Shown here: one piece after another, positions 8,860 to 19,576 of the stretch
Layout of the letters: every line of letters begins with the position of its first letter
Position numbering within the stretch: position 1 is the stretch's first letter
NCBI GenBank assembly: GCA_946187445.1
Contig: CAMHQF010000007.1
Coordinates: 2,581-66,580 of the forward strand
Reading direction: 5' to 3'
DNA: 64,000 nucleotides
From: an uncultured Prevotellaceae bacterium
GTDB taxonomy: Bacteria > Bacteroidota > Bacteroidia > Bacteroidales > Bacteroidaceae
Notes under the pieces: generated by a model
The model's input: the letters and a program-made list of their open reading frames with translations, nothing else
Told to the model about the DNA's origin: nothing
Database searches by the model: none
Program-made: the position numbers and the translations under genes

Positions 8860-9798
8860 ATGAGCAAGTTCAGGGAACTGCTGCGTTCAACATACAAGTC
8901 ACGAGACACAGAAGAGAATATCGACATATACTTCACACGTCCGATAGGTCTCGTCTTCGCCCTGTTTTTCAAGAAGGCAGGATGGAGTCCCAACGCCGTC
9001 ACCATACTGTCGTACTTCATAGGGGGAGGTGCAGCATGGATGTTTCACTACGCTGACGTGATGCACAACGTATGGGGTGTGCTACTGCTCATGACTGCAA
9101 ACTTTCTCGACTCAGCCGATGGGCAGTTAGCACGCATGACGGGCAAGAAGAGCATCACAGGACGCATACTCGACGGCTTTGCCACGGAGTTTTGGTTTAT
9201 ATGCATATACGTCGCCCTGACGTGGAGGCTGTGGGATGTCAGCATACCCTTCACACAGACGCCCTGGAGAGGATGGTTCTTTCTGCTCTGCTGCATAGCA
9301 GGATTTGGTGCTCACAACTTCCAGTGCCGCATGGCAGACTACTATCGCAACATACACCTATACTTCCTCAACGGCAGGGAGGGGGCCGAACTCGACACCT
9401 ACGAGAGTCAGCATGACGTATATGAGCAATACAAGGCGGAGCGCAACCTCACTGGTATGCTGTTCTTTGCCAACTACGCCGCATACTGTCGCAAGCAGGA
9501 GCGATCCACGCCCCACTTCCAGCGACTCAGGCAGGCACTCATACAGCGCTACGGCAGTATAGACAACGTACCACAGCAATGGCGCGAGGACTTCTGCCGC
9601 ATGAGCCGTCCGCTGATGAAATATACTAATATCGTGTCGTACAACTGGAGAGCCATAGTGCTGTACATAGGTTGCCTGTGCAACGTGCCATGGATAAGTC
9701 CGGTATTTGAAATCACCGTGCTGATGCTGATAGCTAAATACATGCAGCACCGTCACGAAAATATATGCAGAGAGCTATATGAAGGGCTTCCTCTTTGA
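8860..9798 (+). CDS. CDP-alcohol phosphatidyltransferase family protein
   Basis: SPNAVT and DSADGQLAR...G.ILD signature; hydrophobic segments. Confidence 0.93.
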   Translation: MSKFRELLRSTYKSRDTEENIDIYFTRPIGLVFALFFKKAGWSPNAVTILSYFIGGGAAWMFHYADVMHNVWGVLLLMTANFLDSADGQLARMTGKKSITGRILDGFATEFWFICIYVALTWRLWDVSIPFTQTPWRGWFFLLCCIAGFGAHNFQCRMADYYRNIHLYFLNGREGAELDTYESQHDVYEQYKAERNLTGMLFFANYAAYCRKQERSTPHFQRLRQALIQRYGSIDNVPQQWREDFCRMSRPLMKYTNIVSYNWRAIVLYIGCLCNVPWISPVFEITVLMLIAKYMQHRHENICRELYEGLPL

Positions 9799-10435
9799 CT
9801 ATGGCGCAACACTCGACACACGCGGTGAACACTGGAGCAAGGTGATATGGCGAGCGTACGAGAGACATAATGTACCCATCACATGGGAACAGTTCTGGGA
9901 GGCATACGTAACAACAGAACGAAAACTCGGTGAGGGAGGCATAATACTGCCGAGCGACACATTTTACAATACGCTCAGCAAGAAGATAGCACTACAGCTG
10001 CTAAGCATAAAAACAGGCCCTGACGACACCAACGACACCCTCGCCAAGCAACTCACCGATGACCTGTATGATGAAACGCTGCAGGTGATAGCCGAGTCAA
10101 GGGAGGTGCTGCAGGAGATAGCCGACAAATACAGATGTCCCATGGTGCTGGTGAGCAACTTCTACGGCAACATACACGCCGTGCTGAGGGAGATGGGATT
10201 GGACAAGTACTTTGCCGAGGTGATAGAATCGGCAGAGGTGGGCATACGCAAACCCGACCCACGAATATGGCAACTTGCCATAGAGGCTCTCGGACGCCAC
10301 TCTCCCACTCCACTGCTACCTCAGGACATTACCGTGGTGGGCGACTCGTTGGAAAAAGATATCAACCCTGCAAAATCATTAGGATGTAACACTATACTCA
10401 TCACGAACGGACTAAAAAAAGACATCAAAATATAG
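9779..10435 (+). CDS. HAD-family hydrolase
   Basis: FDYGATLD, VSN, KPDP and VGDSLEKD motifs. Confidence 0.88.
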   Translation: MKGFLFDYGATLDTRGEHWSKVIWRAYERHNVPITWEQFWEAYVTTERKLGEGGIILPSDTFYNTLSKKIALQLLSIKTGPDDTNDTLAKQLTDDLYDETLQVIAESREVLQEIADKYRCPMVLVSNFYGNIHAVLREMGLDKYFAEVIESAEVGIRKPDPRIWQLAIEALGRHSPTPLLPQDITVVGDSLEKDINPAKSLGCNTILITNGLKKDIKI

Positions 10436-10436
10436 C

Positions 10437-11744
10437 ATGAATACTTTCAACATAAAACCCGCTGAGGGCAAACTGGGAATAATGATAGTGGGTAACGGAG
10501 CCGTTGCCACCACATTTATCACTGGTGTGCTGATGGCACGTCGCCATCTGGCAAAGGCAGTGGGAGCGCTGACTCAGTACGACAAGATACGCGTAAGCAC
10601 CAATGCGGGCACCAAATACCTGGCATACAACGATATAGTACCAATAGCCAAACTTGATGACATCGTCTTTGGCACATGGGATGTATATCCGCAAAACGCC
10701 TTTCAGTCGGCTATGTACTGCCAAGTGCTTGATGAGAAGGATATCATGCCCGTCAAGGACGAACTCGAACAGATAGTGCCCCTCGCAGCAGCTTTTGACA
10801 AGAACTATGCAAAGCGCCTCGACGGCGACAACGTAAAACAGTGTGCCACACGCTGGGATATGGTAGAACAGTTGCGCCAGGACATCAGGACATTCAAGAA
10901 GGAGAAGGGATGTTCGCGCATAGTGGTGCTGTGGGCTGCTTCAACAGAGATATATGTGCCTGTCAACATGGAGGTGCATGATACCATAGAGCACCTCGAG
11001 CAAGCCATGAGGGATGACGACCGCAAGAATATCGCGCCATCCATGTGCTACGCCTATGCAGCTCTCAGCGAGGGAGCACCATTTATCATGGGAGCACCCA
11101 ACACCGCCATTGACATACCCGCCATGTGGCAGTTGGCAGAGAAGATGCACATGCCGATAGCAGGCAAGGACTTCAAGACAGGACAGACACTGGTAAAATC
11201 AGGTTTTGCACCAATACTGAGCACTCGCTGCCTGGGACTCGCAGGATGGTTTTCCACCAACATACTGGGCAACCGCGACGGACTGGTGCTCGACGAGCCC
11301 GACAACTTCCGTACCAAGGAGGTGAGCAAGCTGTCAACGCTGAGTACCATACTCGATGCAGAGAAACAACCTGACCTCTATGCCGACTACCACCACCAGG
11401 TGCGCATAAACTACTATCCGCCACGTGGTGACAACAAGGAGGGATGGGACAATATCGACATCTTTGGATGGATGGGATACCCCATGCAGATAAAAATCAA
11501 CTTCCTGTGTCGAGACTCCATACTCGCTGCTCCGCTGTGTCTGGACCTCTGCCTGCTCATAGACCTCGCAGCACGTGCCGGAAGGAGTGGCATACAGCGT
11601 TTCCTCAGCTTTTACCTGAAGTCGCCCATGCACGACTATACCCAGGACGAGAAACCTGTCAACAACCTCTATCAGCAGTACACCATGCTCAAAAATGCAA
11701 TACGCGAAATGGGAGGGTATCCTGCAGATGAGATGGAGGACTGA
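10437..11744 (+). CDS. ino1: myo-Inositol-1-phosphate synthase
   Basis: GNGAVAT, LWAASTE, GKDFKTGQT, NILGNRDG, GDNK and RDSILAAP motifs. Confidence 0.95.
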   Translation: MNTFNIKPAEGKLGIMIVGNGAVATTFITGVLMARRHLAKAVGALTQYDKIRVSTNAGTKYLAYNDIVPIAKLDDIVFGTWDVYPQNAFQSAMYCQVLDEKDIMPVKDELEQIVPLAAAFDKNYAKRLDGDNVKQCATRWDMVEQLRQDIRTFKKEKGCSRIVVLWAASTEIYVPVNMEVHDTIEHLEQAMRDDDRKNIAPSMCYAYAALSEGAPFIMGAPNTAIDIPAMWQLAEKMHMPIAGKDFKTGQTLVKSGFAPILSTRCLGLAGWFSTNILGNRDGLVLDEPDNFRTKEVSKLSTLSTILDAEKQPDLYADYHHQVRINYYPPRGDNKEGWDNIDIFGWMGYPMQIKINFLCRDSILAAPLCLDLCLLIDLAARAGRSGIQRFLSFYLKSPMHDYTQDEKPVNNLYQQYTMLKNAIREMGGYPADEMED

Positions 11745-11801
11745 GGCGGTTGACAGTTGATATTTTTATGACAAATTGAAAGGAGTACAAAATTTATTTT
11801 T

Positions 11802-14408
11802 ATGCACAAGATACTTATTACCACATTTTGCTTATTACTCACCACTCTCTGTGCTGTGGCGCATAATCTGCGTGGCATAGTGCTCGATGCACAGACTGGT
11901 GACAGCATACCACGAGTGACAGTAACATATCGTGGACACCACCTGTCAGTCGTCACTGGCCAGAACGGTCACTTCACCATACCACGTCACAATGGATGGA
12001 AACTCACATTTACCGCTGTGGGATATAAATCACAGAACCTGTCAATAAGCGAAAACAGCAAGGACTACATCGTTATACGCCTACGTACTGACGTACGCGC
12101 CCTCAACGAGGTCGTCGTAAAATCAAAAAAACGTAAGTACAGCCGCAAGGATAATCCTGCAGTGGCCTTTATGAAACGTGTCATCGCCGCCAAGAAACAA
12201 AACAAACTGGAGGTAAACTCCTACTATCAATATCGCAACTACGAGAAACTGACTATAGCACTGAATGAGTTGAGCGAACATGCCCTCGACTCAGGCATAT
12301 ATGCTAAAAAAGAATACCTAAGAAAACAGGTAGAGAAGAATCCTATCACCGATAAATACGTACTGCCCGTAATAACTACGGAAAAGGTGTCACGATACTA
12401 CTACCGTCAGGACCCTAAGGACGAGAAGACCATCGTTGAGGCAGAAAAAGAGAGTGGTATCAATGACCTCATAGAGACTGGCGACCTGTTTACTGCGCTG
12501 GCAAAGGACATATTCAGCGAGGTCGATATATACGACGAACAGGTACGCATACTGCGCCAGCACTTCACCTCGCCGATAGCCAACAATGCTATCAATTTCT
12601 ATCGTTACTATCTCACCGACACAGTGAAGATAGACAAAGACTCATGTATCTGTGTCACCTTTACCCCCAACAACCAGCAGGACTTTGGTTTTAATGGCAA
12701 CCTGTACATCACCAAAGACTCCGTGCTGCATGTCAAGAAGGTAAGCCTGCGCATACCGCATCGCTCAGATATCAATTTCGTCAAGAGTATGGCGATAGAC
12801 CAGGAGTACGTACAGATGCCTGACGGGCAATGGGTGCTCAACACCAACGACATGCTTGTCGAGATGTCGCTCACCGGCAAGTTTGACAACTTCCTCATCA
12901 CACGTACCTCACGACGTTCCGACTACTCCTTCGAGCCCATCGACAAAAAGATATTCCGCGGCAAAGCAAAGGAACTGGTCGATCCCTATGCACAGATGCG
13001 CTCAAAAGAGTATTGGGCTGACAACCGTGACATACAACTCACGCACGGCGAGGCGGAGATGGACAACTTCATCAAGGGTATCAAGAACACCAAGCACTTT
13101 GGATGGGCTATAGTATTTATGAAGGCGATACTGGAAAATTATGTCGAGACATCCAAGAGTGATAACCCCAGCAAGATAGACCTCGGCCCCGTCAACTCCT
13201 TCATATCAAGCAATGAGATAGACGGTTTACGTTTCAAACCCGCGTTCCAGACTACTGCCAACCTCCATCCACACCTCTTCTTTAAAGGATATGTGGCTCA
13301 CGGCTTCAAGTCACACAAGAACTACTACAGTGGCACCGTCACATATACATTCAACAAAAAGGCATACCTGCCACAAGAGTTTCCACGCAAAAACCTCACC
13401 TTCACCACATCGCGGGACATATCGTCAGCATCAGACAAGTTCAGCCAACTCGACAAGGATAACCTCTTTGCCTCTATACGCTGGGACAAGGTGCGACACA
13501 TGGCGTTGCACAACCGTCAGGAGATAAGCTATGAACACGAAAACTCGTGGGGACTCGCCCTGCTCGGCGGATTTAAGTTTGAGAAAAGTACCGCAGTGGG
13601 CGAACTACACTATAACAAGTTAGCACCACAACCGGCTACGGATCCACAACAGCCATTTGCCGATTCACCACAACCAGTTGTTGACAACTACTGGGACCAC
13701 GGCAGTTACCGCACCTCGGAGTTTTACGTGCAGGTGACATTCTCACCAGGGCAGCAATATATGAACTCCAAGCAGCAGCGTTTCCCCCTCAACCACGAGG
13801 CACCTATCTTCAAACTCAAGCATACCATCGGCATGCGTGGTTTCATGGGAGGCGACTACAACTATCACGTCACCGAGGCAAGCATATACAAGCGTTTCTG
13901 GGTGAAAAACTGTGGCATGATAGACATGTGGCTTAAGGGTGGCATACAGTGGAGCAAAGTGCCATTCCCACTCCTTATGGCACCAGCTGCCAATCCTTCG
14001 CTCATACGCCAGCGCGAGACTTTCAGCCTCGTCACCGACATGGAATTTCTCAACGACCGCTATGCCAGTCTCATGGCAGAGTGGGACCTGCAGGGCAAGA
14101 TACTCAACCGCATACCACTCCTCAAGCGCCTCAAGTGGCGCGAGCACATCGGCGTCAACGTACTGTGGGGAGCCCTCAGCGACAAGAACAACCCTACCCT
14201 ACCCCAAAACAGCCACGACGGCATGCTCATGGAGATGCCAGAAGGATGCACTGTGATGGACAGCGGCGAACCCTATGCCGAACTGCGAGTAGGACTGCAC
14301 AACATTCTGAAATTCTTCCGCATAGACTATGTGCGCCGTCTCAACTACAATGAGAAGACGACTGCACCGAAAAATGCCGTACGTCTTGGATTCGGCTTAA
14401 GTTTCTGA
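11802..14408 (+). CDS. Outer membrane protein with carboxypeptidase-regulatory-like N-domain (DUF5686-like)
   Basis: Signal peptide, GIVLDAQTGDSIP...AVGY..LNEVVV N-domain, and C-terminal Phe typical of beta-barrels. Confidence 0.75.
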   Translation: MHKILITTFCLLLTTLCAVAHNLRGIVLDAQTGDSIPRVTVTYRGHHLSVVTGQNGHFTIPRHNGWKLTFTAVGYKSQNLSISENSKDYIVIRLRTDVRALNEVVVKSKKRKYSRKDNPAVAFMKRVIAAKKQNKLEVNSYYQYRNYEKLTIALNELSEHALDSGIYAKKEYLRKQVEKNPITDKYVLPVITTEKVSRYYYRQDPKDEKTIVEAEKESGINDLIETGDLFTALAKDIFSEVDIYDEQVRILRQHFTSPIANNAINFYRYYLTDTVKIDKDSCICVTFTPNNQQDFGFNGNLYITKDSVLHVKKVSLRIPHRSDINFVKSMAIDQEYVQMPDGQWVLNTNDMLVEMSLTGKFDNFLITRTSRRSDYSFEPIDKKIFRGKAKELVDPYAQMRSKEYWADNRDIQLTHGEAEMDNFIKGIKNTKHFGWAIVFMKAILENYVETSKSDNPSKIDLGPVNSFISSNEIDGLRFKPAFQTTANLHPHLFFKGYVAHGFKSHKNYYSGTVTYTFNKKAYLPQEFPRKNLTFTTSRDISSASDKFSQLDKDNLFASIRWDKVRHMALHNRQEISYEHENSWGLALLGGFKFEKSTAVGELHYNKLAPQPATDPQQPFADSPQPVVDNYWDHGSYRTSEFYVQVTFSPGQQYMNSKQQRFPLNHEAPIFKLKHTIGMRGFMGGDYNYHVTEASIYKRFWVKNCGMIDMWLKGGIQWSKVPFPLLMAPAANPSLIRQRETFSLVTDMEFLNDRYASLMAEWDLQGKILNRIPLLKRLKWREHIGVNVLWGALSDKNNPTLPQNSHDGMLMEMPEGCTVMDSGEPYAELRVGLHNILKFFRIDYVRRLNYNEKTTAPKNAVRLGFGLSF

Positions 14409-14579
14409 TGTGTGTACATAGATATAATATGTTAAGAAATCTAAACATACAACATCCCGCTTGTAGAAATATAGAACAATTTTATTCTCATTAAATCAAA
14501 ATCTCGTACCTTTGCATGACGAAAAATAATTTCTTACTTTTTCGCATATTATCAAAAAAAGCATACAAAGGTAAAGAGA

Positions 14580-17048
14580 ATGATTAAGGATTTCAATCAG
14601 ATTGCTATCATGGCTGGTGACAAGGACATCAGCTATAAGGAACTCATCAACAACATCTCAGCCGTAGCACTCAATCTGCCAATAAAGCAGACTGATAAGT
14701 GTATCATCTTCAGCGAAAACCGCGAGGAGTGGATATACTCCATCTTCGCCATCTGGCAGAAGCGTGGCATTGCTGTACCCGTTGATGCCACATCGACAGT
14801 CAGCGACCTCGCATATATACTCAATGACTGCAAACCCGAGTGTCTCATCACCTCACCTGCCAACCTCGTCACCACCGAGGCAGCCATCAAGGCAGCAGGA
14901 GCCGACACAAAGGTCATCAACCTCGAGACTTTCGGCGAGATATGCCGCAAGCAGGTCGATACCAGCGCCGAGGACTACCAACCAGAGATGAGCGACGTAG
15001 CACTAATATGCTACACCTCAGGCACTACGGGGTCGCCAAAGGGTGTCATGCTTTCCTTCAGCAATATCTTTGCCAATATACGCGGTGTATCGGAAGAAGT
15101 GAAGATATTCACTCCCAAACGCCGTACCATGATACTGTTGCCCCTGCACCACATACTGCCCCTCATGGGCACCGTCATCGCTCCTATACTCAAGGGTGGC
15201 GGCGTAGCTATATGTCCATCACTGTCAGGTCCTGACATCATGCAGACACTGTGTCGAGGCAAGATATCCATCTTTGTCGGCGTACCACGTCTGTGGCAGA
15301 CACTCTACAACGGCATCAAGAAGAAAATCGATGAGAAGTGGATCACGCGCGCGCTCTTTAATATATGCAAGAAGGCAAACAACCGCACCCTCTCACGCTT
15401 TATCTTCAAGAGCATACGCGACAAGATGGGTGGCAACCTCGACTACTGCGTCAGCGGAGGAGCATCGCTCGACCTCGAGATAGGCGTGGGACTGCGCACC
15501 CTCGGACTTGACGTGCTCGAGGGTTATGGCATGACCGAGACAGCACCTATCATATCATTCACTCGTCCTGGCGACATCATACCAGGATGCGTGGGACTGC
15601 CACTCCCATCTGTAGAGTGCAAGATAGTAAACGGCGAACTATGTGCCAAGGGTCCTAATGTCATGATGGGTTACTACAACCGTCCTAAGGAGACTGCTGA
15701 CGTCATCGACAGTGACGGATTTATCCACACAGGTGACCTCGCACGACTCGACGATAAGGGAAGGGTATATATCACTGGCAGAAGCAAAGAGATAATCGTG
15801 CTCTCCAACGGCAAGAACGTACAACCGTACGAAATAGAATTTCAACTTGAGAAGTACGACGAACTCGTAAAAGAGGTTGCCGTAACGGAAAAGAACGATA
15901 TGCTATGGGCTATCATAGTACCACAGGACGAAAAGACTACTGAAGAAGAACTCAAGACCAAGGTGATACAGCCCTACAACAAGACTGTCGAGAACTACAA
16001 GAAGATTATGAACATCACAGTCTTCAACGGCGACTTGCCACGCACCAAACTCGACAAGCTGCAGCGCTTCAAACTCAAGGAAATTATCGACGGAAACGTA
16101 AACGAGACCCGAAAAGATGAGCAGCAAGCTACCAATGTCGCATCAGAAAAAGAGAGCGAGACATACCGCATACTCAAGGAGTATATCGAAGACGAGAAGA
16201 AGATTTCAGTCAACCCTACTGACCATATCGAGACAGACCTCGCCTTTGACTCTCTCGACAGAGTGAGCCTGCAAGGTTTCATAGAGCAGACCTTCGGCAT
16301 GACTATCAATGCCGACACCATGGCTGACTACAAGGATATCAGTTCACTCGCCGAGAAGATATCACAGGGACAGACACGCCGTGAGATAGAGAATATCGAC
16401 TGGCACACCATACTCACCAGCGAGGAGACAGACGATAGTCTGCAGCTCCCCACATCAGGAGCAAGCCATATCATCATAGAAAATCTCTTCAAGACATTCT
16501 TCAGAATCTACAACCGCATGAGTGTCAAGGGTGTGGAGAATATCCCTGCTAACGGACCATTCATCCTCGCCCCCAACCATCAGAGTTTCCTCGATGCACC
16601 TCTCGCTATGGCTGGTGTGCCAAAGAGTCAGATTGGCGACATCTATTTCTATGCTACAGAGGAGCACGTACAGGGCAAGGTACGCAGATACTTCGCCAGC
16701 CGTCATAATATCATCCTAATGGAAAACAAACGCCTCAAGGACTCTATACTCAAACTCTCCAAGGTACTGCGTCAGGGTAAGAGTATCATGATATTCCCAG
16801 AGGGCACACGCACACGCACTGGAGAACTCAGCAAGTTCAAGAAAACCTTTGCCATCCTCTCCAAGGAGCTTAATGTGCCCATCGTCCCAGTGCGTCTCAC
16901 AGGAGCATACCGCATGCTCAAGCGTGGCACACGCTTCATACAGCCCTGCCACATTCAGGTAGAGTATCTCCCACCTGTAACACCAAACGATACTCTCACC
17001 TATGACGAAATAACAGAAATAGTAAAAAATCGCATCAAGGGAGAATAA
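14580..17048 (+). CDS. Acyl-CoA/acyl-ACP ligase - carrier domain - PlsC acyltransferase fusion
   Basis: YTSGTTGSPKG, GYGMTE, TGD; DLAFDSL carrier serine; NHQSFLD and FPEGTR motifs. Confidence 0.9.
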   Translation: MIKDFNQIAIMAGDKDISYKELINNISAVALNLPIKQTDKCIIFSENREEWIYSIFAIWQKRGIAVPVDATSTVSDLAYILNDCKPECLITSPANLVTTEAAIKAAGADTKVINLETFGEICRKQVDTSAEDYQPEMSDVALICYTSGTTGSPKGVMLSFSNIFANIRGVSEEVKIFTPKRRTMILLPLHHILPLMGTVIAPILKGGGVAICPSLSGPDIMQTLCRGKISIFVGVPRLWQTLYNGIKKKIDEKWITRALFNICKKANNRTLSRFIFKSIRDKMGGNLDYCVSGGASLDLEIGVGLRTLGLDVLEGYGMTETAPIISFTRPGDIIPGCVGLPLPSVECKIVNGELCAKGPNVMMGYYNRPKETADVIDSDGFIHTGDLARLDDKGRVYITGRSKEIIVLSNGKNVQPYEIEFQLEKYDELVKEVAVTEKNDMLWAIIVPQDEKTTEEELKTKVIQPYNKTVENYKKIMNITVFNGDLPRTKLDKLQRFKLKEIIDGNVNETRKDEQQATNVASEKESETYRILKEYIEDEKKISVNPTDHIETDLAFDSLDRVSLQGFIEQTFGMTINADTMADYKDISSLAEKISQGQTRREIENIDWHTILTSEETDDSLQLPTSGASHIIIENLFKTFFRIYNRMSVKGVENIPANGPFILAPNHQSFLDAPLAMAGVPKSQIGDIYFYATEEHVQGKVRRYFASRHNIILMENKRLKDSILKLSKVLRQGKSIMIFPEGTRTRTGELSKFKKTFAILSKELNVPIVPVRLTGAYRMLKRGTRFIQPCHIQVEYLPPVTPNDTLTYDEITEIVKNRIKGE

Positions 17049-17055
17049 GGAAGCT

Positions 17056-17682
17056 ATGAGTCTACCAAAGAAAGAGGAACTCGGCAACACGTGGACGCAC
17101 CTCATCGGCGCCGTCTTCGCACTGTCCAGCATCTGGATGGTGTGGCCTGCCGTCCATCAAGGATGGGAGATGGCGTTTGGCGTAATCTTCTTCATTGTCG
17201 GCATGTTTCTCATGTTTCTCAGCAGCACCATATACCACTGGCTGCACCCTGGCATGGCAAAGGAGGTGCTACGCAAACTTGACCACATCAGCATATACGT
17301 CATGATAGCATGCTCCTATACCCCCGTATGCATCGGTGTGGTAGGCGGATGGTTAGGATGGACCGTATTCGGAGTACAATGGGCAGCAGTCATCGGTGGG
17401 ACTTTCTACAAGATTTTTGCCCTCGGCAAGTATCCCAAACTCTCCCTCGCCCTCTATCTCGTCATGGGATGGAGCGTGTTGCTCGTCATCGAACCCGTCT
17501 TTGTGCGTCTCTCATGGCTCGCGATAGCCTTTCTCATAGCCGAAGGAGTATTCTATACCAGTGGTACCTATTTCTTTGCCCACGACAGACAGCGACACTT
17601 CCACACTATCTGGCACGTCTTCGTGCTCCTTGGCGCCATCTCCCATTGGAGCGTAGTGCTCTGCCTCATCAACAGGCTTTAA
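17056..17682 (+). CDS. Hemolysin III / PAQR family membrane protein
   Basis: EE..N.WTH, SSTIYH, DHISIY and HTIWH motifs. Confidence 0.92.
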   Translation: MSLPKKEELGNTWTHLIGAVFALSSIWMVWPAVHQGWEMAFGVIFFIVGMFLMFLSSTIYHWLHPGMAKEVLRKLDHISIYVMIACSYTPVCIGVVGGWLGWTVFGVQWAAVIGGTFYKIFALGKYPKLSLALYLVMGWSVLLVIEPVFVRLSWLAIAFLIAEGVFYTSGTYFFAHDRQRHFHTIWHVFVLLGAISHWSVVLCLINRL

Positions 17683-17705
17683 CGAGTCCTTTTCACCACC
17701 CCACT

Positions 17706-19142
17706 CTATTTCTTTTTCATCTTATCGCTCACCAGCCTCACGTCGGTCATCTTGATGTCTGTAGTGGAGGTGTCTATCTGTTGTGCCTCCTTAGTATATA
17801 CTATGGTGGCATTATTTATTTCTATGTCATGGACGCACTGCATACCCTGTAGTCCATTTGCCTTGATGCCTGTCCTACATCCTCGACATATCACGTTGTT
17901 TATGTGTATGTCCTGAAACTCAGGTTTGCGTTTCATCTGTTTTTCCGTCAGTATCTTCGACCTCTTCGATGTGCCGTCAGCATCGTGGTCGCTGTAGTCA
18001 CACTGGAATACTATCGCCGACTTTGCGATGTCGCTCATCACTATGTCCGATATATACAGCTGCTCCGTCTTGCCACCTCGGCCCAGTCCGCTCTTGAAGC
18101 GCAGTCCTGTGTCAGTCCCTGAGAAGCGGTTGTGCCTCACCACCATCCTGCGTATGCCGCTGGTGGTATTGCTACCCAGCACGAAGCCGCCGTGCGCATG
18201 ATACACCGTATTGTCCTGCACCACTATGTCCTCACATCCGCTCGCCGGCGTATCCTTCTTTGCTACGCTGCTCTTCATGCATATACCGTCGTCACCCACA
18301 TCTACTGTGTTATTGACTATCAGTCCCACGTTCACGTCCGAGAAGTCTATGCCGTCGCCATTCTGCGCATTCCACGGACAGCGCACCGTTATGCCGTCAA
18401 TTATCACGTTACGGCTGTTGCAGGGGTGCACATGAAAGCGTGGCGCATTCTGCGCCGTGATGCCCTTTATCAGCACGTTAGTACATCCATACAACCTTAT
18501 CAGGTCATTTCGCGTGTTCTCATATCCCTTGGGGTCATCCACTATGTCAGGGTATTTGCTCTTCAACTGCCAAGGGTACCACAGTGTGCCGTCATCAGTC
18601 ACCGTGCCCCCCATAAAGAGGTATTGCTTCCACTCCACGTCGCTCTGCTTGTTGCGCTTCACAGGTCGCCACTGGCTGCCATTGCCGTCTATCGTGCCCT
18701 CACCCGTAATAGCTATATTCTTGCGCTTCATGGCATATATACAAGGTAGCACCCGTTCCTCCCTGTCACTATGCCCCAAGTACTCCCTCTTGTCAGGTGT
18801 GAAGTATATCATCGCCCCCTTTTCCACGTGCAGTTCGATGTTGTCCTTCAGCTCTATCGGACCCGTCATCCACACACCTCGTGGCACCACTACCTTGCCG
18901 CCTCCCAGCTCCGTCATGCGGTCTATCGCTTTGCGAAAAGCCTCCGTGTTGAGCGTCACACCGTCACCCGTTCCGCCACACTCCGCCACACTCACCTCGT
19001 TAGCTGGTATGACAGGCACCGTCACCTGGGTCACCTTCACTGGCAGAGCCTCATAATACTTATCATACTCCCCTGCCCACGCACCGATGCACGCCAGTGA
19101 CAGGAGCAACATGTAAAGCATCCTTCTTTTCATCTTGTTCAT
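17706..19142 (-). CDS. Glycoside hydrolase family 28 (polygalacturonase-like), secreted
   Basis: NGDG, GDD, HGG..GS and RFKS motifs; signal peptide. Confidence 0.92.
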   Translation of the reverse strand: MNKMKRRMLYMLLLSLACIGAWAGEYDKYYEALPVKVTQVTVPVIPANEVSVAECGGTGDGVTLNTEAFRKAIDRMTELGGGKVVVPRGVWMTGPIELKDNIELHVEKGAMIYFTPDKREYLGHSDREERVLPCIYAMKRKNIAITGEGTIDGNGSQWRPVKRNKQSDVEWKQYLFMGGTVTDDGTLWYPWQLKSKYPDIVDDPKGYENTRNDLIRLYGCTNVLIKGITAQNAPRFHVHPCNSRNVIIDGITVRCPWNAQNGDGIDFSDVNVGLIVNNTVDVGDDGICMKSSVAKKDTPASGCEDIVVQDNTVYHAHGGFVLGSNTTSGIRRMVVRHNRFSGTDTGLRFKSGLGRGGKTEQLYISDIVMSDIAKSAIVFQCDYSDHDADGTSKRSKILTEKQMKRKPEFQDIHINNVICRGCRTGIKANGLQGMQCVHDIEINNATIVYTKEAQQIDTSTTDIKMTDVRLVSDKMKKK

Positions 19143-19296
19143 AGTCTATCCATTTCTTTGTTTGTCGGCAAAGTTACCATTTATTTTTCTTTTCTCCAAA
19201 CAAAAGGGGAAAAACATACGAAGAGAATGTTATGCACCAAGATATATTTCTGCCTGCAGAGGCTGGGTTTCCCCATGTGGATATATGGTTTCAACA

Positions 19297-19446
19297 TGCT
19301 ATTGCTTAGCTTCTGCGTAAAATTAACTAGTTAATTTGCGAAATTAACCGGTTAATTTTTAAAATTTACCAGTTAATTTTTGATAGTTGCTATGCTTTGA
19401 GATTCTGATGCTTAGTCTTCACATGCAGTAGAGCGCATCCCGCATG
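19297..19446. repeat. Dispersed repeat with three 21-bp-period palindromes, copy 1
   Basis: AAATTAACYRGTTAATTT units at 19320-19380; inverted homologue at about 38686-38840. Confidence 0.75.
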
Positions 19447-19518
19447 TCCTCGGAAAGATGCCATAACATAGCTATAATACACTCGGCACTATTACTAAAA
19501 AACTTGAAAAAGCGATAT

Positions 19519-19566
19519 AATTCTTAATTCTTAATTCTTAATTCTTAATTAAAATTCGTAACTTTG
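19519..19566 (+). promoter_or_regulatory. Promoter: (AATTCTT)x4 + 12 nt + TAACTTTG
   Basis: Read directly from the sequence; ends 10 nt before the GTG start. Confidence 0.65.
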
Positions 19567-19576
19567 CACCCATAAA

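Noticed and set aside
19320-19380. Possible mini-CRISPR (also 38757-38817 and 57287-57368)
   Set aside because: Units are separated by only 3-7 nt, there are no unique spacers and no cas genes.
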